Origin: Cyclobacteriaceae bacterium
GTDB taxonomy: Bacteria; Bacteroidota; Bacteroidia; Cytophagales; Cyclobacteriaceae
Direction: 5' to 3'
DNA: 55,567 nucleotides
NCBI GenBank assembly: GCA_031423035.1
Contig: JANPES010000268.1
Coordinates: 1-55,567 of the forward strand
The notes under the pieces were generated by a model. The model saw only the letters and a list, made by a program, of their open reading frames with translations. It made no database searches and was not told the origin of the DNA. Of this stretch, positions 38,120-47,775 are shown piece by piece; position 1 is the stretch's first letter; every line of letters starts with the position of its first letter. The position numbers and the translations under genes were made by a program.

Positions 38120-39190
38120 TTACGGACGGATCAGGTAATTCCATCCATGTCGGTCTGCCGCGACGCCGGTGCGGATGTCCAGGAGTTTCTTTTTCAGTCG
38201 CTGCTGAATGCTGTTGGGGTCAACGGCTGGGAATTCGTGATCAACTCCACGGATGTTGATAACAGCAATCGGGGCTACGACCGCGGCCGTTCCGCAGCCG
38301 AACGCCTCGGTAAGTGTTTTGTTCTTAAATCCTTCTTCCAGGTCGTCGATGCTAATGCGACGCTCTTCAATGGTCAATCCTTCTTCTTTGGCCAACGTCA
38401 GGATGGAAGCCCTTGTGACTCCATCGAGGATAGCGGTATTCAATTTTGGGGTCACGAGTTTTCCGCTCATGACAAACATAACGTTCATCATACCAACCTC
38501 GTCAATGTACTTATGCTCTTTGTGGTCAGTCCACAATACCTGGTCAAATCCTTCCTTCTTCGCAAGTTGTGTGGGATAGAAAGCACCTCCGTAATTACCG
38601 GCACATTTCGCAAAACCCGTACCCCCTTCAGCAGTGCGCGTGTAATGGCCTTCCACCTTTAGACGGAACGGCTTATTGTAGTAGGGGCCGACTGGGCTAG
38701 TCATGACAACAAACTTGTATTGCTCAGACACTTTTACACCCAGCCGGGATTCCGATGCAAATACAACAGGTCGAATATACAGCGAGGATCCCTCTGTGTT
38801 GGGCACCCATTCTTTGTCCAGTTCGATCACCGCATGAAGCGCTTGTATGAACATCTCATATGAAATCTCAGGCATGCACATCCTATCCAATGACTTGAGA
38901 AGGCGTTCGTGGTGTTTGCGTGGGCGGAAGATATTGATGCTACCGTCCTTCATCCGGAAGGCCTTCATTCCTTCGAAAATTGCTTGACCATAGTGCAAGG
39001 CCAGAATCGCGGGCGTCATGCGGAGCTCACCGAATGGAATAATATGCGGCTCAGACCATTCACCTTTCGCCCAGTCGGATATGAGCATGTGGTCAGAAAT
39101 ATATTTTCCGAATTCGAGATTATTGAAGTCTGTCTCCGAAATTCTGGAATGAGCCGTCTTCTGGATGGCGATAGCTAGGGCAGTGGTCAT
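38120..39190 (-). CDS. ilvE: Branched-chain amino acid aminotransferase, copy 2
   Basis: LHYGQAIFEGMKA, LYIRP, GFAKCAGNY, ILDGVTR and GCGTAA motifs. Confidence 0.93.
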   Translation of the reverse strand: MTTALAIAIQKTAHSRISETDFNNLEFGKYISDHMLISDWAKGEWSEPHIIPFGELRMTPAILALHYGQAIFEGMKAFRMKDGSINIFRPRKHHERLLKSLDRMCMPEISYEMFIQALHAVIELDKEWVPNTEGSSLYIRPVVFASESRLGVKVSEQYKFVVMTSPVGPYYNKPFRLKVEGHYTRTAEGGTGFAKCAGNYGGAFYPTQLAKKEGFDQVLWTDHKEHKYIDEVGMMNVMFVMSGKLVTPKLNTAILDGVTRASILTLAKEEGLTIEERRISIDDLEEGFKNKTLTEAFGCGTAAVVAPIAVINIRGVDHEFPAVDPNSIQQRLKKKLLDIRTGVAADRHGWNYLIRP

Positions 39191-39222
39191 TTCGTTAGAT
39201 TTTTATCAAGGTAAAAATAATT

Positions 39223-39585
39223 TCACTGATTTTGACTGTTTTCTTCTCCCCGAAGGAATCCGCCATCGACAATAAAAAGCGTTGCGCCGTTCATGGTCGA
39301 AGAGCGATGCGAACTTAACTTATCCGAAACTTCGTACGACATTCCGGCCGTCAGAACAACGGTTTCCCCGCCCTGTATTTCTGTTGTCAACTCACCCTCC
39401 AGACACAACAGGATGTGACCTAGCGTACACCAGTGGTCAGCTTTGTAATTCGGCGAATAGTGGACAAGGCGGATGCGCAAATCGCCATACCTCTTTGTCT
39501 GCCAGCTCGCAACTCCGGTTTCACCAGGATGCGTAGTTTGCGGAAGGTTTTTCCATGCGGTAGTTTGAAAAGGGATCGAATACAT
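39223..39585 (-). CDS. DHCW-motif cupin protein
   Basis: ADHWC..GH motif, GETG and SSHRS..GA.LFIVD. Confidence 0.9.
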   Translation of the reverse strand: MYSIPFQTTAWKNLPQTTHPGETGVASWQTKRYGDLRIRLVHYSPNYKADHWCTLGHILLCLEGELTTEIQGGETVVLTAGMSYEVSDKLSSHRSSTMNGATLFIVDGGFLRGEENSQNQ

Positions 39586-39593
39586 GGTGTTTT

Positions 39594-40523
39594 TTATTTT
39601 GAAAACTGAGCCCGGATGAAACTTCGAATCTGGTATCCTCTATTGACGACATAAATGCCTGCCAGGGTTATCAAAATACCAATTCCGATTCTGGCGTTAA
39701 GGCGTTCGCCCAGGATGAGGGATCCCAGAATGACCGCGACAATGGGATTGATGTAAGCATACAAGGATACGATCGTCATCGGAAGCTTTATGATTGCGTA
39801 GGAGTAGCTGGCGTACGCAGCTACTGAACCGAAGAGGATCAAGTAAACGAGAGCCGCTACCATATCGGGAGACCAGCTAATCGTGGTGTAATTGTCAAAC
39901 GCCAGGCTCATCGGCAAAAGAAAAACGCCACCGAAAAGCATCTGCAGCCCCGCGGCAAGAAACGGGTCGGTTGATTGGGTTTTCTTTTTTACCCAGACGG
40001 TTCCAAACGCCCAGCAGATATTTCCCAGGAAGGTCATGAAAATTCCAAGTGTATAGCTCGGTTCCGAGAAATCACCAATGTGTTCGCCAAAGATCAGGAT
40101 TATACCGGCCAGTCCGATAATTAGTCCCAAAACAACCGGAAACGCCGGTTGATCATCGGATGTGAATGCCATGTTAATCAAGATCACCCAGATGGGCATA
40201 ACTGAACAGATAATTGCCGCCAGACCGCTGGAGACATACATCTCTGACCATCCGACAATGCCCACGCCGAAGGCGCAAAGGAGTAAACCGCTTACTGCCT
40301 GTTGCAGAATTATTTTCCGCGAGGGAAAGGCGACTTTTCGAAATAGGAAGAGTAGCCCGAGCAGAATCGGGCCTGCGATCAGGAATCGTATTCCAGAGAA
40401 CAGAAACGGGGGAAACTGCGTCACGCCTACGCGCAATGCGAGGTACGTGGTTCCCCAGATGATGCAAACAGCCCCCAGGGCGAGATAGGCGAGTAGGTTC
40501 GGCTTGTTGTTCATGCTATTCAT
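39594..40523 (-). CDS. EamA/DMT family transporter (YedA-like)
   Basis: IWGTTY, RFL.AG, SSGLAA, FGS..AY and YAYINP motifs; about 10 transmembrane segments. Start at ATG 40523 or 40514. Confidence 0.93.
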   Translation of the reverse strand: MNSMNNKPNLLAYLALGAVCIIWGTTYLALRVGVTQFPPFLFSGIRFLIAGPILLGLLFLFRKVAFPSRKIILQQAVSGLLLCAFGVGIVGWSEMYVSSGLAAIICSVMPIWVILINMAFTSDDQPAFPVVLGLIIGLAGIILIFGEHIGDFSEPSYTLGIFMTFLGNICWAFGTVWVKKKTQSTDPFLAAGLQMLFGGVFLLPMSLAFDNYTTISWSPDMVAALVYLILFGSVAAYASYSYAIIKLPMTIVSLYAYINPIVAVILGSLILGERLNARIGIGILITLAGIYVVNRGYQIRSFIRAQFSK

Positions 40524-40589
40524 TGGCAAGATTGGTATAATCTAGTTTCCGTGTATCCATTAGTTCACTTTTGTTGAGCGCTCCCGTTT

Positions 40590-40706
40590 TCATAGTATGG
40601 TAAATTTCATCGAGAGCACAATTGCGCATACGATAATTCCGAGGAGAACTGCAAGTACCCTTTTGTATCGACGCATAAGGTTAAGTACAGAGTTATTTAG
40701 AGTCAT
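40590..40706 (-). CDS. Putative small membrane peptide (38 aa)
   Basis: MTLNNSVLNLMRRYKRVLAVLLGIIVCAIVLSMKFTIL*: basic patch followed by one hydrophobic helix. Starts 8 nt after the upstream stop. Confidence 0.35.
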   Translation of the reverse strand: MTLNNSVLNLMRRYKRVLAVLLGIIVCAIVLSMKFTIL

Positions 40707-40714
40707 AGGCTTGA

Positions 40715-41458
40715 TCAGTTAATTGAACACCCAAAAGTGAAAAACGCGCCGTTCATAAACGGCACACCCGTCTGGTTTGATGTGTAAGGCACATAGAGAC
40801 CAGTGATCCCCACATTAAGGGTCACCCCCTGGGCTACAGTTAAGCGACTGTAGAATACACTAGCACCCACGGTAATGTAGTCCGAGGAATCAAACACTGG
40901 GTTATTGTGCCAACCCATGAGCGTGAGGTCCAGGTGGTTGATTGAATACATCAGTCGGATTCTGTTCACCCAATCCCTCAATTCAGGTTCCAGGAAAAGA
41001 TTGCCAGCCATCGTGCTGTGCTCTAGCGTCAAATGGCTGCTCATCTTAAAGGCGGTCGTGAGGATCACAACAGCATCAGAACCATGGTCTGCAATGGACT
41101 CGAATTGTTCAAGAATGAATCCCACACTGGGCGTGATCGTAATTCGCTTTCCGAGGCGAAAATTCTTGTTCACAACCGCCAATGCAAAATTGATAGGCGT
41201 GGACGAATCTCGCAGGTCAATGGCTTTGAACAATTGAAATCCCCAAGCCTTACGGACATAATTGAGGTTGATGTCCAATACGGGACTGCCGGATACCAGC
41301 CTTCCTCCGTATGAGAAGAGACCCATTGAGTGAATACGCGTTGCAATTCGCAGACTAGACGCATGAGCGTCCTTGTGTGCAGCGGAATCAACCGGGGTGG
41401 CCTCCACCCAGTCCGGTTTTATGAATATCAGGAGTAAAGAAACAGTGATGATTTTCAT
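40715..41458 (-). CDS. Hypothetical exported protein, probable outer-membrane beta-barrel
   Basis: Signal peptide from ATG 41458 (MKIITVSLLLIF..VEA) and alternating amphipathic strands. Confidence 0.65.
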   Translation of the reverse strand: MKIITVSLLLIFIKPDWVEATPVDSAAHKDAHASSLRIATRIHSMGLFSYGGRLVSGSPVLDINLNYVRKAWGFQLFKAIDLRDSSTPINFALAVVNKNFRLGKRITITPSVGFILEQFESIADHGSDAVVILTTAFKMSSHLTLEHSTMAGNLFLEPELRDWVNRIRLMYSINHLDLTLMGWHNNPVFDSSDYITVGASVFYSRLTVAQGVTLNVGITGLYVPYTSNQTGVPFMNGAFFTFGCSIN

Positions 41459-41553
41459 ATGGTTTTTGAAATGTTTGTCAATAATCCCTGTTTTGTTTCT
41501 GGTCATCAACCTGCTTCTTGTGATATGCGATGGCAAAAAGCGAAACAATTTTC

Positions 41554-41610
41554 TACATTTGAACGTGTACTAAACAGTTTCAGTTTTATGTTTGTGGACC
41601 ATATCAGTTT
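41554..41610 (+). promoter_or_regulatory. -7 element (41554-41561) followed by three CAGTTT direct repeats; candidate MocR operator
   Basis: TACATTTG; cagttt at 41575, 41581 and 41605 in the divergent intergenic region. Confidence 0.45.
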
Positions 41611-41718
41611 GAAAGCATATGGAATATGGCGAATTGGGAGATAAAGGAAATTTCCTTTGGTCGCCCAGCACAGTCACATAATAAAGTCGGAAGTGGACGC
41701 TTACCTAATAAGAAATAA

Positions 41719-43152
41719 ATGAAGCAGAGCACCATCGTACCGGATCACCTTTATCAGGAAGTTGCTGAGCGAATTGAGCGACTAATCGAGAAGAGGACGC
41801 TTAAAGTAGGGGATAAGCTCCTTTCAGTGCGCTCCCTGAGCAAGGAGCAAGGCATCAGTCTGAGTACGGCGTTCCAGGCTTATTACCACCTGGAAAGTAA
41901 GGGACTTGTGGAGGCAAGGCCGCAGTCGGGTTATTATGTGAAATTTTCCCCCCGCCATACCCTGGAGGTTCCGACCTGCTGCGATCCTGCTGAGAAAGCA
42001 GTACCCGTGACCATAGACGAAATGATCAGCAGCGTTTACAATGATTTGCGATCGGAGAAACTAGTAAATTTTTCACTTGGTGCTCCTGCGCCTGAGTTGC
42101 TTCCTGCCGCCAAACTGAATAAGGCCGTAGTGCAGGCATTACGGAATTCCCACGACAGTTGCCTCAACTATGAGCATGTGCAGGGAAACAAAGAATTGAG
42201 GAAGCAGATTGCCCGGCAGTCATTTAACTGGGGTGGTATGCTCGGAGAAGATGACATTGTAGTGACGGCCGGTTGTATGGAGGCCCTGTCATTGAGTCTT
42301 AAAGCCATTACAAAGCCCGGAGATGCCGTAGCCATCGAGAGCCCGACATACTTTGGCATTTTCCAGGTGATGGAGAGCCTGGGGTTGAAGGTGGTGGAGA
42401 TTCCTACAGATCCGACTTCGGGAATAGACCTGGATCAGCTGGAGCAAGCGATACGCCGTTTCTCCATTAAAGCTTGTCTGTTCGTCTGTAATTTTAACAA
42501 CCCCTTGGGAAGCTGCTTGCCAGATGAAAAGAAAAAGCAGCTGGTGGACCTGCTGACGCGAAAGAACATTCCACTTATTGAGGACGACATCTATGGAGAG
42601 CTCTATTTCGGAAAGTCACGGCCCCGCACATGTAAGGTTTTTGACACAGAAGGTATCGTAATTCAATGTGGTTCCTTTTCAAAATCACTTGCTCCGGGAT
42701 ATCGGATTGGCTGGGCTATTCCCGGGCGATATAAGGAGCGTATTATTCGCCTGAAACGCATGAACAGTGTTTCCACGAACACTTTGGCTCAATCGGCTAT
42801 TGCGTTGTTTCTGGAGAATGGACGATATGAGTTGCACCTCCGTCATTTGCGAAAAGCACTGCATACACAGAGTCTAAAGTACATCCAGGCTATTTCCCAA
42901 TATTTTCCGGATCATACCCGAATGACACGACCTCAAGGTGGGTTTGCTTTGTGGTTGGAGCTTGATCGAAAAGTGGATACATATGCCCTGCATAAGCGGG
43001 CGCTTAAACACGGCATTGGGATGGCACCTGGCCAGATTTTTTCTTCACAAGGAAAGTTTGAGAACTGTTTCCGCATCAGCTTTGGGCTTCCCTGGAGTAC
43101 ACGTGTTGACAATGGACTCAAAACCCTCGGTGACCTGGCAAGAAAAAATTAA
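41719..43152 (+). CDS. MocR/GabR-type regulator (GntR wHTH plus PLP aminotransferase domain)
   Basis: LLSVR.LS....S.ST..QAY..LE..G.VEARPQSGYYV, IEDDIY and SFSKSLAPGYRIGW (PLP-binding Lys). Confidence 0.95.
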   Translation: MKQSTIVPDHLYQEVAERIERLIEKRTLKVGDKLLSVRSLSKEQGISLSTAFQAYYHLESKGLVEARPQSGYYVKFSPRHTLEVPTCCDPAEKAVPVTIDEMISSVYNDLRSEKLVNFSLGAPAPELLPAAKLNKAVVQALRNSHDSCLNYEHVQGNKELRKQIARQSFNWGGMLGEDDIVVTAGCMEALSLSLKAITKPGDAVAIESPTYFGIFQVMESLGLKVVEIPTDPTSGIDLDQLEQAIRRFSIKACLFVCNFNNPLGSCLPDEKKKQLVDLLTRKNIPLIEDDIYGELYFGKSRPRTCKVFDTEGIVIQCGSFSKSLAPGYRIGWAIPGRYKERIIRLKRMNSVSTNTLAQSAIALFLENGRYELHLRHLRKALHTQSLKYIQAISQYFPDHTRMTRPQGGFALWLELDRKVDTYALHKRALKHGIGMAPGQIFSSQGKFENCFRISFGLPWSTRVDNGLKTLGDLARKN

Positions 43153-43365
43153 GTCGCGGTCTCAGTTTTGTGGTGTCAGTTTCAGCGACGGGATTGTGGG
43201 GCGGCGAGCTATTTGAATTCAAACTCCGCAGAGGCGACCTGTTCTGCCCCTGAACTGCGCAATTTGGGTCTGGAAGCCACAATGGCCTAATTTTGAAGAG
43301 CAATAATAACTTTCTGATCGATTCAAGGGTTGCTATATTTACTACATAAACAAAAAACGACAACT

Positions 43366-43971
43366 ATGGCATTTACCCTACCTCCTCTTCCGTATCCGAC
43401 CAATGCATTGGAACCTCATATTGATAGCCGTACGATGGAGATTCATCATGGCAAACACCACAACGCCTACGTCACTAACCTGAACAATGCAGTCGCAGGC
43501 AAGCCCGAAGAAAGTCTGAGCATTGAGGAAATTTGTAAGAGCATATCTAAGTATCCGGTTGCCGTACGTAATAACGGCGGCGGTCACTACAATCACAGTT
43601 TGTTCTGGACCCTCATGGCCCCGAATGCGGGCGGAAACCCTGCTGGGCAGTTGGCCGATGCGATCAACGCGGCATTCGGCACATTCGATGAGTTTAAAGT
43701 AAAATTTGCTGCCGCAGGTGTCGGACGGTTTGGTTCCGGCTGGGCCTGGCTCATTAAGGACAGCAGCGGAAAGTTGGCGACCTCATCAACTCCAAATCAG
43801 GATAACCCCCTGATGGATGTTGCTGAAGCAAAGGGCAGTCCGATTTTGGGTCTCGACGTTTGGGAACATGCTTACTATTTGAATTACCAAAATCGCCGAC
43901 CTGACTACATTACAGCATGGTGGAGCGTAGTAAACTGGAATGAAGCAGCCAGGCGTTTTGATGCAAAGTAG
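43366..43971 (+). CDS. sodA: Superoxide dismutase (Mn-type signature)
   Basis: [19 protein letters not shown] and DVWEHAYY motifs. Confidence 0.95.
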   Translation: MAFTLPPLPYPTNALEPHIDSRTMEIHHGKHHNAYVTNLNNAVAGKPEESLSIEEICKSISKYPVAVRNNGGGHYNHSLFWTLMAPNAGGNPAGQLADAINAAFGTFDEFKVKFAAAGVGRFGSGWAWLIKDSSGKLATSSTPNQDNPLMDVAEAKGSPILGLDVWEHAYYLNYQNRRPDYITAWWSVVNWNEAARRFDAK

Positions 43972-43992
43972 AATTGAAGGTGAGCGAAGAAT

Positions 43993-44018
43993 GGGATGCT
44001 CCAGGCATCCTTTTTTTT
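43993..44018 (+). terminator. Intrinsic terminator after sodA
   Basis: ggatgc-tccag-gcatcc followed by T8. Confidence 0.85.
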
Positions 44019-44022
44019 GTAC

Positions 44023-46047
44023 CTATTTTTTTTCTTCAATCATCTTCTTCAAGGCAAGGAATTCATCCCGCAAGCGCGCCGCTTCAATGAACTCCAGTTC
44101 TTTGGCCGCCTTCTCCATTGCTTTCCGGGTCTTGTCTGCCATCTTCACCAGCTCTTCCTTGCTCAGGAAGGCAACCACCGGATCTGCAGCGAGTGATTTT
44201 TCTTCATCCTCGACATAGTATTTCTTAGCCGTTTTTTTTGAATCAGCTACAGCGGTTTGGCTCAGGATCGACTCTTTGGAGCGGATGATGGTTTGGGGGG
44301 TGATCCCATTGGCCAGGTTGTAGTCTTGCTGAATCTTCCTTCTCCGATCCGTTTCATCAATTGCCTGTTTCATGGATTCGGTCGTAGTGTCTGCGTACAT
44401 GATCACTCGGCCATTGACGTTTCGTGCAGCGCGACCAATGGTTTGCACCAGAGATCGTTGATTTCTAAGGAACCCTTCCTTGTCTGCGTCAAGGATTGCC
44501 ACAAGAGAGACTTCAGGCAGATCAAGACCCTCACGTAGCAGGTTCACACCCACGAGCACATCAAATACGCCAAGCCGCAATTCACGGAGGATTTCGACCC
44601 GGTCCAGTGTTGTGACTTCTGAGTGTATGTAACGGCACTTAACACCCGCTCGCTCCATAAACTTAGTAAGTTCTTCGGCCATTCGTTTTGTCAGCGTTGT
44701 GACTAATACGCGTTCCTTTTTCTTTACCTGCTCGTCAATTTCTTCAAGCAAGTCATCAATCTGATTCTTACTGGGCCGCACGTCGATGCGTGGATCAAGC
44801 AGACCGGTAGGACGGATCAATTGCTCGACAACGACGCCTTCCGATTTGCGGAGTTCATATTCACTGGGAGTAGCGCTGACATAAACCACCTGGTTCAGGA
44901 CAGATTCAAATTCGTTAAAAGTCAGGGGCCGGTTATCCAATGCTGCGGGAAGCCGGAAGCCATAGTCAACAAGGTTTACTTTTCGTGAGCGATCGCCACC
45001 CCACATGGCGCGCACCTGAGGAACTGTAACATGGCTCTCATCTATAACCATGAGAAAATCATCTGGGAAATAGTCAATAAGGCAGAAGGGCCTGTCGCCG
45101 GGCTGCCGCCTGTCAAAGTACCGGGAATAATTCTCAATACCGCTGCAGTACCCCAGTTCGCGCATCATCTCCAGATCAAACTCAGTTCGTTCTTTCAGGC
45201 GTTTTGCCTCCAGGTGACGTTTCTCCATCTCAAACATCTGTACCTGGAGCATCATGTCGTCCTGGATTTCACGGATCGCCTGGCTCAGGGATTCTTTTCC
45301 GGTAACAAAAAGATTGGCCGGAAAAATGGTGACCATTTGCTCGTCGGATATGCGCCTGCCGGTCTGGGGATCAATTCGCTGAAGTGATTCAATTTCATCA
45401 CCAAAGAAATAGATGCGGATTGCATAATCTGCATATGCCAGATATACATCTACTGTATCCCCTTTGACCCGGAACGTGCTCCGCTTGAAGTCCACCTCTG
45501 TGCGACTATAGAGAATGTCTACCAGGCCGAACAGCAACCGGTTTCTGGCAATTACGTTCCCCACCTGCAACTGTATCTTATTCTTCCCAAACTCCTCGGG
45601 ATTCCCAATTCCATAGATGCAGGAGACGGAGGCAACAACGAGTACGTCGCGCCTCCCGGTAAGAAGGGCGGATGTCGCACTAAGCCTTAATTTTTCGATT
45701 TCTTCGTTGATGGATAAGTCCTTTTCAATGTACAAGTTCGACGAAGGAATGTAAGCTTCCGGTTGATAATAGTCGTAATAGGAGATAAAGTACTCAACTG
45801 CATTATTCGGGAAGAAGTGCTTGAACTCGCCATAGAGTTGAGCGGCCAGCGTTTTGTTGTGACTGAGCACCAAGGTTGGTCGATTCAGCTGGGCGACCAC
45901 ATTGGCCATGGTAAACGTCTTGCCCGAGCCTGTAACGCCCAGGAGGGTTTGATGCACTTCGCCCTCCTGCAGGCCCTTTACGAGTTTGTCAATTGCTTGG
46001 GGTTGATCTCCGGTCGGGACGTAATCGCTGGTTAATTCAAAGTTCAA
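44023..46047 (-). CDS. uvrB: Excinuclease ABC subunit B
   Basis: GVTGSGKT, YYDYYQPEAY, DESH, QTIGRAARN and C-terminal UVR domain. Confidence 0.98.
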   Translation of the reverse strand: MNFELTSDYVPTGDQPQAIDKLVKGLQEGEVHQTLLGVTGSGKTFTMANVVAQLNRPTLVLSHNKTLAAQLYGEFKHFFPNNAVEYFISYYDYYQPEAYIPSSNLYIEKDLSINEEIEKLRLSATSALLTGRRDVLVVASVSCIYGIGNPEEFGKNKIQLQVGNVIARNRLLFGLVDILYSRTEVDFKRSTFRVKGDTVDVYLAYADYAIRIYFFGDEIESLQRIDPQTGRRISDEQMVTIFPANLFVTGKESLSQAIREIQDDMMLQVQMFEMEKRHLEAKRLKERTEFDLEMMRELGYCSGIENYSRYFDRRQPGDRPFCLIDYFPDDFLMVIDESHVTVPQVRAMWGGDRSRKVNLVDYGFRLPAALDNRPLTFNEFESVLNQVVYVSATPSEYELRKSEGVVVEQLIRPTGLLDPRIDVRPSKNQIDDLLEEIDEQVKKKERVLVTTLTKRMAEELTKFMERAGVKCRYIHSEVTTLDRVEILRELRLGVFDVLVGVNLLREGLDLPEVSLVAILDADKEGFLRNQRSLVQTIGRAARNVNGRVIMYADTTTESMKQAIDETDRRRKIQQDYNLANGITPQTIIRSKESILSQTAVADSKKTAKKYYVEDEEKSLAADPVVAFLSKEELVKMADKTRKAMEKAAKELEFIEAARLRDEFLALKKMIEEKK

Positions 46048-46059
46048 GGTCGGATGAAA

Positions 46060-46803
46060 TTAGCGATTCCAGATTTTCCAAGACTTCTCCGCCTGAACAT
46101 GGAGCATCTCCAGCCCATTTTTTATGGTGCAACCATGCATTTCTGCTTTCTGCAAGAATAAGGTTCGTGCCGGGTTGTAGATAAGATCGTAGACAAAGTG
46201 ATCCGGGCCGAGCACTTCGTAGTCGATAGGGGGAAAGGCATTGGTATTCGGCGTCATGCCGAGCGGTGTGGTATTGATGATGAGATTATACGATGAGAGG
46301 ATTGTCGATTTTTTGCCGAGGTCAGCATAGACGTAGTCGCCATGCCCTTTTTCGCGTGAAGCGAGCTTGAAGGGGATGTTCAATTTTCTCAAAGCCACTT
46401 GAACGGCTTTTGCAGAGCCACCTGTTCCAAGAATGAGGGCCTGTGATCCTGAGGGATTTGGGAACCATTTTTCAACGGTCTCCCGAAACGCATCGCTGTC
46501 TGTATTAAAACCTGAAAGTACGTTGCCTTGAATCTTGATGACGTTGACCGCGCCAATGGTTGTGGCGTCCGGACTAATGCTTGACAGGTACTTCATCACC
46601 TGTTCTTTGTAGGGTATCGTGACATTGAGCCCGCATAGTTCAGGGCTTTCCTGCAGCAGTGTAGTGAGTTGGTCAATGCTGGTGAGTGGGTACAGATCGT
46701 AGTGATAATCCCGAAGCCCTTCCTGAAAAAACTTCTCATCGAAAAAAGCTTTCGAAAAAGAATGACTCACTGCAGCACCGATCAGGCCAAATTTCTTTTC
46801 CAT
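46060..46803 (-). CDS. aroE: Shikimate dehydrogenase
   Basis: HSFS, NVTIPYK, GAVN, NTD, GTGG, NTTPLGM, DLIYNP and GLEML..QA motifs. Confidence 0.95.
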   Translation of the reverse strand: MEKKFGLIGAAVSHSFSKAFFDEKFFQEGLRDYHYDLYPLTSIDQLTTLLQESPELCGLNVTIPYKEQVMKYLSSISPDATTIGAVNVIKIQGNVLSGFNTDSDAFRETVEKWFPNPSGSQALILGTGGSAKAVQVALRKLNIPFKLASREKGHGDYVYADLGKKSTILSSYNLIINTTPLGMTPNTNAFPPIDYEVLGPDHFVYDLIYNPARTLFLQKAEMHGCTIKNGLEMLHVQAEKSWKIWNR

Positions 46804-46805
46804 TG

Positions 46806-47744
46806 TCAATTTTTTGAACGGAGATACACGGCGGTCTTTTCAATCGCCACAACCAGAAAAACTCCGGTGGCTGCGAACAAGATAGCATAAAAGAGGCCGG
46901 GGTCTTGCCCGCTCACTTCAAGGAACCGGCCTGGCAAAACACTTGTGTCGAATGCGGGCACCTGAATGCCCTCCTGGTTTATCCGATAGGCGACTACTTC
47001 CTTCCAGGGCCACACTTTATTCAAGGAGCCGATCATGAATCCGGCGAGCAGGGCCAGCGTAGGATATCGGTAATGTTGCAGAACCCAGCTCAGCACATGG
47101 GAAAACCCAATCAGCCCGAGGAGACAGCCGGAAGCGAAAACCAGTATGACGGGGAGGTTGAATTCAATCAGGGCGTTAATCATGTACTCATATTTGCCAA
47201 TCAACAGCAGAACAAACGCTCCCGAAATTCCGGGCAGGATCATGGCGCAAATGGCCAACGCACCACAAAAGAAAATGTAGAATAGATTCGTCGGTGTTTC
47301 GGTAGGCGACAGCACTGTAATCCCATAGGCGACCGCAATTCCTATGATGAAGGCCGCAACAGTTCCAGGCGCCCAGCGCTGAATGTCGCGCATAATCAAG
47401 GGCGAAGAAACCAGGATGAGCCCAAAAAAGAAGGACCAGGTAGGAATGGGATAGTTCTCCAGCAGAAAGGTCATCAATTTTGCCAGAGACAAAAGGCTAG
47501 TGAGAATACCCGCCAGCACGGTGATCAGGAAGCTGCCGTTGATGTGTTTCCAAACCTCAGCAATCCGAAATCCAAAAAGCAGCCTGATGGCCGTACCGTT
47601 AATGGATTTCAGTGAATTAATCAACTCTTCGTAGATACCTGTGATGAATGCAATGGTACCCCCTGAGACCCCGGGGATCACATCAGCAACTCCCATGCTT
47701 ACCCCTTTCAGGTATAATAGTAAATAGTCTTTCAGTCTTCTCAT
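46806..47744 (-). CDS. DUF368 membrane protein (undecaprenyl-phosphate translocase family)
   Basis: Twin motifs MGVADVIPGVSGGT and AMILPGISG. Confidence 0.92.
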   Translation of the reverse strand: MRRLKDYLLLYLKGVSMGVADVIPGVSGGTIAFITGIYEELINSLKSINGTAIRLLFGFRIAEVWKHINGSFLITVLAGILTSLLSLAKLMTFLLENYPIPTWSFFFGLILVSSPLIMRDIQRWAPGTVAAFIIGIAVAYGITVLSPTETPTNLFYIFFCGALAICAMILPGISGAFVLLLIGKYEYMINALIEFNLPVILVFASGCLLGLIGFSHVLSWVLQHYRYPTLALLAGFMIGSLNKVWPWKEVVAYRINQEGIQVPAFDTSVLPGRFLEVSGQDPGLFYAILFAATGVFLVVAIEKTAVYLRSKN

Positions 47745-47775
47745 CTGTTGTTGCACGTCACCCTTGACTTACCGG

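Noticed and set aside
38087-38662. Long antisense ORFs (also 33367-33888, 14486-14968, 2057-2560)
   Set aside because: Shadows of well-supported genes on the opposite strand, with no recognisable motifs.
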